A DNA stretch of 64,000 nucleotides from an uncultured archaeon (lineage in GTDB: Archaea; Micrarchaeota; Micrarchaeia; Anstonellales; Anstonellaceae). The DNA lies in NCBI GenBank assembly GCA_902384555.1, contig CABMCD010000024.1:15615-79614 (forward strand). The letters are read 5' to 3'. The notes under the pieces are model-generated. The model did not search any database, had not been told where the DNA came from, and saw only the letters and a program-made list of their open reading frames with translations. Positions 58,156 through 64,000 of this stretch are shown here, piece by piece. Each line of letters opens with the position of its first letter. Positions within the stretch are counted from its first letter, which is position 1. A program made the position numbers and the translations under genes.

Positions 58156-59394
58156 GTGATGGCCATGTCGAGTCCCTCTTTCCTTCCCAAGCCCGTCGCG
58201 GGCTTTCTGGCGAACGATTTCACCCGCATCCTGCTGCTGCTCGTCATTTTCGCCGGCTTCTATTCCTTCGCTTTCACAGACGTGAGCGCCCCCATTCGGC
58301 CCGCCGGCCAGCCGGTGGTGGCCACCGTTGATTTCTTCTACCTCTCCACCTGCCCGCACTGCCGCCAGCAGGAGGATTTCAACAACAAATTGGCGGCCGA
58401 ATTCCCGCAGGTCAATTGGAGCTATCATGACATGAGCTCAAGCGCGGTGCAGGATTTGAGCGCGCAGATGATGATGGAGCGCAATTACACGCCCATCAAG
58501 GCCACCCCGATTACCATTATTGGGAACAAGGTGTTTGTGGGCTACGACCCCGTAAGCCAGCCCGAGCAGATGCGCCAAGCCGTAAGGGAAGTGTTGGGGA
58601 ATGAGAGCAGGGTTGCGCCCCAAACACAAAACAATTCCTCCACTCCTTTCTCGCTTCGGGCCCTCGATTTGCCTCTTGTTGGCCAATTGCACCCGGAACA
58701 GATGAGCCCGCTCATGCTCTCGCTCTCTCTGGGCGTTCTCGACGGATTCAACCCCTGCGCCGTGTGGGGCGTGATTGCGCTTATTTGCATGCTGATGCTG
58801 GCCAACGACTGGAAAAAGATGGGTCTGCTGGTCGGGGCGTTCGTTTTCTTCTGCGCCGTGGCGCATTTCGCCTTTGTGGGCGGGTTTGCCAGCCCCTTTT
58901 TCGTGCTGGGCATCATGCGCTATGTGATGACGGCGATGGGCGTGTGCGCGCTTTTCATCGGCATCTACCAAATCAGGGCCGCGTGGATGGGGAGAGAAAA
59001 GAAAACGCACAAATCGTTCAGCGCCCCGCCGGAGAAGGAAACCTTCGGCTCGCTGCTTGAAAACCCCGTCATCATCGCCCTCTTGGTGGGCTTGGCCCTC
59101 ATGGCCGTGCTCTTCAATTCCTTGGGCTCGATTTGCGCGGCCGCCGTGCCGACGGTGTATAATCAGGCCATGACAAACGCCGGAATCGCGGGCGGGGCGA
59201 AATTGGGCTATCTGGCTGTCTACAACATCATGTACATGGTGCTCGACGCCGTGATGCTGGGCTTGGCGATGGTGCTGATGTCGGGCAAACTGGGCGCCAA
59301 AGTGGCCCTGATTACCCAAATCCTGTGCGCCCTGCTGCTCACGGCGTTTGGATACATGCTGCTCTTCGCCCCGGCGCTATTGGTGGGCGGATAA
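58156..59394 (+). CDS. Thioredoxin-fold (CPHC) domain fused to CcdA/DsbD-like membrane domain
   Basis: CPHC followed by DGFNPCA and a second Cys in a TM region (ICAAAVP). Confidence 0.8.
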   Translation: MMAMSSPSFLPKPVAGFLANDFTRILLLLVIFAGFYSFAFTDVSAPIRPAGQPVVATVDFFYLSTCPHCRQQEDFNNKLAAEFPQVNWSYHDMSSSAVQDLSAQMMMERNYTPIKATPITIIGNKVFVGYDPVSQPEQMRQAVREVLGNESRVAPQTQNNSSTPFSLRALDLPLVGQLHPEQMSPLMLSLSLGVLDGFNPCAVWGVIALICMLMLANDWKKMGLLVGAFVFFCAVAHFAFVGGFASPFFVLGIMRYVMTAMGVCALFIGIYQIRAAWMGREKKTHKSFSAPPEKETFGSLLENPVIIALLVGLALMAVLFNSLGSICAAAVPTVYNQAMTNAGIAGGAKLGYLAVYNIMYMVLDAVMLGLAMVLMSGKLGAKVALITQILCALLLTAFGYMLLFAPALLVGG

Positions 59395-59871
59395 ATGGGG
59401 CGCCCCATGGAAAAAAAGACTGGACGAGTCTCCAAGGGCGAATACTTGCAGTTGGATGATTCCGAGGCAGTAAACATAAATGATTTAATCGAGATAAAAA
59501 CTACGAAAAGGAAAGACACCATAAAGGAAATGAGAATTAATCTCAAAAGATGGCTTGAAAATCCAGAAATGAGAAAAAAATTCAAAGAAAATGACGTAGA
59601 TTTGGCGATTGTAATTTACTCTAACAAGAGCAGATACACGAGACAGGATGTCGACAATATAGCGAAAATAATCCTAGATGCGCTCAGTAGAGATAGAAGT
59701 GACCAAGCGGCACCATATCTTCTTGAAAATGACGCTCAAGTTATTCGACTGCTACTCTATAAGAAAATCCAAGAGGAGGACAAATACAACAAAACAGATG
59801 AGATTAGGCTTTCGATAAGAGTTCATGCGCCGGATAAAGAAATGATTCTGGTTGGACCGCCAACCTTTTAA
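59395..59871 (+). CDS. RusA-like endodeoxyribonuclease, AT-rich
   Basis: DVDNIAKIILDAL...ND.QV RusA motif; AT-rich codon usage. Confidence 0.75.
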   Translation: MGRPMEKKTGRVSKGEYLQLDDSEAVNINDLIEIKTTKRKDTIKEMRINLKRWLENPEMRKKFKENDVDLAIVIYSNKSRYTRQDVDNIAKIILDALSRDRSDQAAPYLLENDAQVIRLLLYKKIQEEDKYNKTDEIRLSIRVHAPDKEMILVGPPTF

Positions 59872-59894
59872 TTCCCAAAAAGACCAATAGAGAA

Positions 59895-59972
59895 CGAATG
59901 ATGAGACTTACGACACGGAGTGGAGGGCTTTAACCGGCCTGACGCGATGAAGACGTGACTTGACTCTGACAA
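59895..59972 (+). ncRNA. Box C/D sRNA (elongated)
   Basis: C box ATGATGA (59898), CTGA (59939), C'-like ATGAAGA (59947), 12-nt guide, D box CTGA (59966). Confidence 0.65.
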
Positions 59973-59987
59973 CAAAATCGTGATAAC

Positions 59988-60563
59988 ATGACCGAAATCG
60001 TCCGCATTCCCCACGAGCGCATCTCCGCCCTGCGCGGCGACGGCGACGCCACCTTGCAGATGCTCGAGCGCAAGCTCAAGTGCTCCATGGACGTCAGTGA
60101 TGAGGGCGACGTCGAGCTGGAAGGCGAGCCGGTGGACGAGTTCTTCGGCAAGAGCGTCATTCGCGCCATTGGCCGGGGCTTCGAGCCCCACATCGCCCTC
60201 AAGCTGCTCAAGGACGACTACGGATTCCACCTCATTGACCTGCGCGACTATGCCTCCAAGCCCGACGCCATGACGCGCATCAAGGGGCGCGTGATTGGAG
60301 AGAAGGGCAAGGCGAGGCAGATTGTGGAACAGGAGGGCGAATGCAATCTGGCGATTTGGGGCCACACGGTGGGCGTCATCGGAAGGCTTGAGACGCTGGA
60401 CATCGCCACCACGGCCGTCTTCAAGCTCATCGAGGGCCAGCCGCACCCGGCCGTCTTCATGTACTTGGAGAAAAACCGCCGCCGGCGCGAGCAGGACGAG
60501 AAGGGCATGGGCATGTGGGTGCAGAAAAAACCCCTCAAAGAGCCCAAAAAAGCGAAAGAATGA
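59988..60563 (+). CDS. KH-domain rRNA-processing protein Dim2/Pno1
   Basis: RAIGRGF, RIKGRVIGEKGK, GHTVGVIG and LIEGQPH. Confidence 0.9.
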   Translation: MTEIVRIPHERISALRGDGDATLQMLERKLKCSMDVSDEGDVELEGEPVDEFFGKSVIRAIGRGFEPHIALKLLKDDYGFHLIDLRDYASKPDAMTRIKGRVIGEKGKARQIVEQEGECNLAIWGHTVGVIGRLETLDIATTAVFKLIEGQPHPAVFMYLEKNRRRREQDEKGMGMWVQKKPLKEPKKAKE

Positions 60564-60717
60564 GAGAAAAACGGCCTCTCGAAACCCAAACGGCCGGCGT
60601 CGGCGCCGGCCGGATTGGTTTTTTCCCCTTTTCTCCCCGAAGATTCCTCACCCTTCTTAAACTCTTTGCCCCTTTGCATTAGTGGCGACCAGAAAAATAG
60701 GTGGCAGAGGAGTTAGC

Positions 60718-62412
60718 ATGCCGACGGAAACGGACAAGATATTCTCCAATTTCAAGGAGCACTCGGTGGCCGAGTTCTTCAAAAAGAACAAGCAGATGCT
60801 GGGCTTTTCGGGCAAAACCCGAAGCTTGACCATCATCGTGCACGAATATGTGACCAATTCCATTGACGCGGCGGAAGAGGGCGGCATTCTGCCCGAAATC
60901 ACCGTCAAAGTGGATGAAATCGACAAGCTGGGCGAGCGCTACCGCGTGTCGGTGCAGGACAACGGCCCCGGCATCCCCAAAAAGCACATAGGAAAAGCGC
61001 TGGGTCAGATGCTGGCCGGCACCAAGTTCCACCGCTACGCCCAGCAGCGGGGCCAGCAGGGCATCGGCGCCACCGGCTGCACCATGTATGCGCAGGTGAC
61101 CACCGGCAAGCCCGTCAAATTCGTCTCCGAATACGATTCCAAGCGCCTGGTTGGAAACATCTCGGTGGACATCAAGACCAATTCGCCCAACATCACCGAC
61201 ATGGTGGAAGAGGAGAACCCGGAAAAAAAGCACGGCCTTTACTTGGAGGGCGAGTTCGGGGAAGTGAAATACGACCGCTCCCTGGGCAGCGTCTATGAAT
61301 ACATCAAGCGCACCGCGCTGGCCAACCCCCATGTTTCGCTCACCCTCATCGAGCCCAACGGCGACAAAGTCGCCTATCCGCGCTCGGTGGAGGAAGTGCC
61401 CAAGAAGCCCAAAGAGACGCAGCCGCACCCGCTGGGACTTGCGGTATCCGACCTCGTCGACCTCGCGCACCGCGAGGGCCCGAACACCAATATCTCGCTC
61501 TTCCTGCGCGAGCGCCTCCAGCGCGTGAGCGATGCCAAGGTGGCGGAGCTGGCCGGCCTGCTCAACGGCACGACGCCCGGCCTGCCGGCCGTCGACTTCA
61601 ACAAGCCTTCGCGCGAGATGACGTGGCCCGAAGCGGAAGGCCTGGTGCACGCGTTCGCCCTGCCATCTGTGAAATGGATTGCCCCCGAATCCAACTGCCT
61701 GCGCCCCATCGGCGCCGAGCAAATCCAGAAGGCGGTGGCCGCCATCCTGGCCCCCGATTTCGCGGCCGTCACCGAGCGGCCGCCCAAGATTTACAAGGGC
61801 GGCATTCCCTTTTTGGTGGAGGCCGCCATCGCATGGGGCGGCAACGCCGGCCATGTGGATTCCAACAACCAGCGCGGCGGGGACATCATGCGCTACGCGA
61901 ATGCCGCGCCGCTGCTCTTCGACGTATCGGGCTGCGCGATTACCAAGGCCATCAAGGACGTGGACTGGAAGCGCTACAACATCACCGATTTCGAGCAGGC
62001 GCCCATCACCGTGTTCGTGAACGTGGTGTCGGTGCACGTGCCCTACACCTCGGCCGGCAAGCAGGCCATCTCCGACGAGGACGAAGTGTATCAGGAAATC
62101 AAGTACGCGATTATGGAAGTGGCGCGCAAGGTGCAGCTGCACGTGGGCGGCATCAAGCGCGAGCACGAGCAGGCCGAGCGAAGGAAGGCCATCCTGCGCT
62201 ATGTGCAGCAGCTGTCACGCGATTTGACCGATTTGGCCGGCAAGGGCAAGCCCGACGAGCTGTCGGGCCGCCTCACCCATTTGATTGAGACCAAGTACAT
62301 GAGCCAAATCATGGAAGGCAAGAACGAGGCCGAAGAGGGCGCGGGCCCGGGCGCAAGCGGGTTTGGAAAAAAGAAAAAAGACGCGGACGAGGAAGACGAG
62401 GGAGAGGAGTAG
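60718..62412 (+). CDS. top6B: DNA topoisomerase VI subunit B
   Basis: SVAEFF, EYVTNSIDA, DNGPGI, RGQQGIG and PYTSAGKQ. Confidence 0.97.
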   Translation: MPTETDKIFSNFKEHSVAEFFKKNKQMLGFSGKTRSLTIIVHEYVTNSIDAAEEGGILPEITVKVDEIDKLGERYRVSVQDNGPGIPKKHIGKALGQMLAGTKFHRYAQQRGQQGIGATGCTMYAQVTTGKPVKFVSEYDSKRLVGNISVDIKTNSPNITDMVEEENPEKKHGLYLEGEFGEVKYDRSLGSVYEYIKRTALANPHVSLTLIEPNGDKVAYPRSVEEVPKKPKETQPHPLGLAVSDLVDLAHREGPNTNISLFLRERLQRVSDAKVAELAGLLNGTTPGLPAVDFNKPSREMTWPEAEGLVHAFALPSVKWIAPESNCLRPIGAEQIQKAVAAILAPDFAAVTERPPKIYKGGIPFLVEAAIAWGGNAGHVDSNNQRGGDIMRYANAAPLLFDVSGCAITKAIKDVDWKRYNITDFEQAPITVFVNVVSVHVPYTSAGKQAISDEDEVYQEIKYAIMEVARKVQLHVGGIKREHEQAERRKAILRYVQQLSRDLTDLAGKGKPDELSGRLTHLIETKYMSQIMEGKNEAEEGAGPGASGFGKKKKDADEEDEGEE

Positions 62413-63564
62413 GTGATGAACATGGCAGCCAAACCGACTCAAAAACCCGCCCCCGCGCACCGCAAGGCCGACTCCGGCGAGGTCACCCGAAAGCTGGAAG
62501 GGCTGGGCCTGGACATGCTCAAGGAGATTGACGAGGAGCAGACGCCCTCCTTCACCACCGCCCTGCGCTCGAAAGGCAACGTGCTCTATGACGAGGGCGT
62601 GGGCTGCCTGCGCCTGGGCGAGAAGGTGGAGCAGCGCAAGTTCGTCAACGTGGGCCAGGCGCGCAAGTTCATGCAGACCGTGGCCGTGGCGGCCAAGTGC
62701 AAGAAATTTTTGCGCGAGAATTCGCACACCTCCATCAGAGGCTTGTTCTACCAGCTCAAGTTCAGCCTTGGCGAGGATTTGGACGAGGAGCTCTTCTCCG
62801 AGCAGTCCGAGTCCAACCCCCTCATCGAGGATTTGGAAGTGGCCATTGACGTGAAGAGAGAGGACCTCAACCTCAATACCGACCGCAAGGGCGTGGTGGC
62901 CGGCCCGCTGGTGCTGCGCGACAAGTTCGGCGGGGACGAAACCCTCATCGACGCCACCAAGCAGGGGCGGTCGGGCTGGATGATTCCCTCCGACGTGGAC
63001 AACGGCATGACCATCGAGGAGCTGGATGCCGATTACGTGCTCGTGGTGGAAAAGGACGCCATGTGGCAGAGGCTGAACGAGGACAAGTTCTGGAAGAAGG
63101 AGAACTGCGTGCTCATCACCCCCAAGGGGCAGGCCTCGCGCGGCTGCCGGCGCCTCATCTCCAAACTGGCGGCCAAGAAGCTGCCGGTCTATGTCTTCAC
63201 CGACTGCGACGCGTGGGGATGGTACATCTACTGGGCCATCAAGACCGGCTCGATGAACCTCGCGTACCTCGCCACCGACATCGCCACCCCGCAGGCCAAA
63301 TTCGTCGGGGTGACCATGCAGGACATCAAGGACTACGACTTTTTGGGCAAGCTCACCATCAAGGCCAAGGAAGTGGACATCAAGCGGGCCGAGGAAATGC
63401 TGGGCTATGAATGGATTAACCGCCACCCCGAATGGGTGAACGAGCTCAAAGTGGTGCTCAAGACGCAGAAGAAAATCGAGCAGGACGCCCTGCAGGGCCC
63501 CAGCCTCTCCTTCGTGGGCGAGTATTTGCGCGAAAAAATTGGGAAAAAGAAGTTCCTGCCCTAG
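62413..63564 (+). CDS. top6A: DNA topoisomerase VI subunit A
   Basis: RGLFY catalytic Tyr, VVEKDA, KGQ, DCDAWG and KIEQDAL. Confidence 0.97.
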   Translation: MMNMAAKPTQKPAPAHRKADSGEVTRKLEGLGLDMLKEIDEEQTPSFTTALRSKGNVLYDEGVGCLRLGEKVEQRKFVNVGQARKFMQTVAVAAKCKKFLRENSHTSIRGLFYQLKFSLGEDLDEELFSEQSESNPLIEDLEVAIDVKREDLNLNTDRKGVVAGPLVLRDKFGGDETLIDATKQGRSGWMIPSDVDNGMTIEELDADYVLVVEKDAMWQRLNEDKFWKKENCVLITPKGQASRGCRRLISKLAAKKLPVYVFTDCDAWGWYIYWAIKTGSMNLAYLATDIATPQAKFVGVTMQDIKDYDFLGKLTIKAKEVDIKRAEEMLGYEWINRHPEWVNELKVVLKTQKKIEQDALQGPSLSFVGEYLREKIGKKKFLP

Positions 63565-63689
63565 GAGAAAGGAGGTAGGCGGGCCGGCCTTCTTCTTTTC
63601 TCGTCGTGCCGCCTTGCATTTGTTTTTAAAGTTTCCCAGTGAAGCATAGCCTAAGGGATAATACACGACATATCATTTGGGGTGACAAA

Positions 63690-64000
63690 ATGTTCGTGCT
63701 GCAAACCGGACCGCGATACAAGGCGCCGGAATACCTCCGCCGCCCGCAGGAGCAGGAGGAGCCGGTCCGGGCGCCCGCAAAGAAGGGCGCGGACCTGAGC
63801 CAGACCATCAAGAAGAAGGGGGCCGAGCAGCTCCTGTCCGAGACGCTGGCGCCGGGCGTGAAGAGCGTGGTGATGCCCCTCGCCACCAAGAACGACGCCT
63901 ACGACATCAAGATTTATTCGGATGACAAGAAGGGCACCTGGCTGTCCACCAACGCCAGCGCCTACTACGACGAAAGCCTGGCATATAGCGATTTCGTGGC
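63690..64000 (+). CDS. Hypothetical protein, N-terminal part (runs off the window end)
   Basis: Manual translation MFVLQTGPRYKAPEYLRRPQEQEEPVRAP... is open to the end; GGGGTG SD. Confidence 0.7.
   Translation, partial: MFVLQTGPRYKAPEYLRRPQEQEEPVRAPAKKGADLSQTIKKKGAEQLLSETLAPGVKSVVMPLATKNDAYDIKIYSDDKKGTWLSTNASAYYDESLAYSDFV

Noticed and set aside
1-64000. Many long antisense or alternate-frame ORFs (e.g. 9626-11830, 6854-8215, 21645-23258, 32260-33810, 38854-40584, 52355-53872)
   Set aside because: They are shadows of well-supported genes on the other strand, expected from high third-position GC, and carry no motifs of their own.
1-64000. CRISPR array, IS elements, integrase or provirus
   Set aside because: No regularly spaced repeats and no transposase, integrase or capsid motifs were seen.

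Overview
This is a GC-rich archaeal chromosome segment with no integrase, transposase, CRISPR array or rRNA. The information-processing genes are archaeal: RFC small subunit, Pelota, ABCE1, Dph6, Elp3, class I CCA enzyme, AlaRS, AspRS, Alba, L40e, EF-1alpha, S10, Dim2/Pno1 and Topo VI A/B. The mix of these with Cys-rich surface proteins and CPR/DPANN-style hypotheticals suggests a DPANN archaeon, probably Micrarchaeota (inference, not tested). There are 9 intact CCA-less tRNA genes, one of them tRNA-Tyr with a 58-nt intron. The window also holds a cbiMNQO cobalt/nickel ECF transporter with an ArsR regulator, a PadR-controlled ABC exporter operon, ahcY paired with a PfkB kinase, ino1 and glmU. 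Most notable are: (1) a 1124-aa orphan with helical, Gly-rich hydrophobic, two FHA-like and C-terminal HPD J-domain modules, directly upstream of two tandem FtsZ2-type genes and sharing an N-terminal F-[LV]-L-[RQ]-x-G-P motif with another orphan; (2) an interrupted duplicate 5' fragment of tRNA-Thr in front of the intact gene; (3) an elongated C/D-box sRNA before Dim2/Pno1; (4) a surface protein with a TM helix and a cytoplasmic wHTH; (5) an orphan histidine-kinase-like ATPase behind a 37-bp palindrome. All assignments come from motif recognition by eye; no database searches were run.
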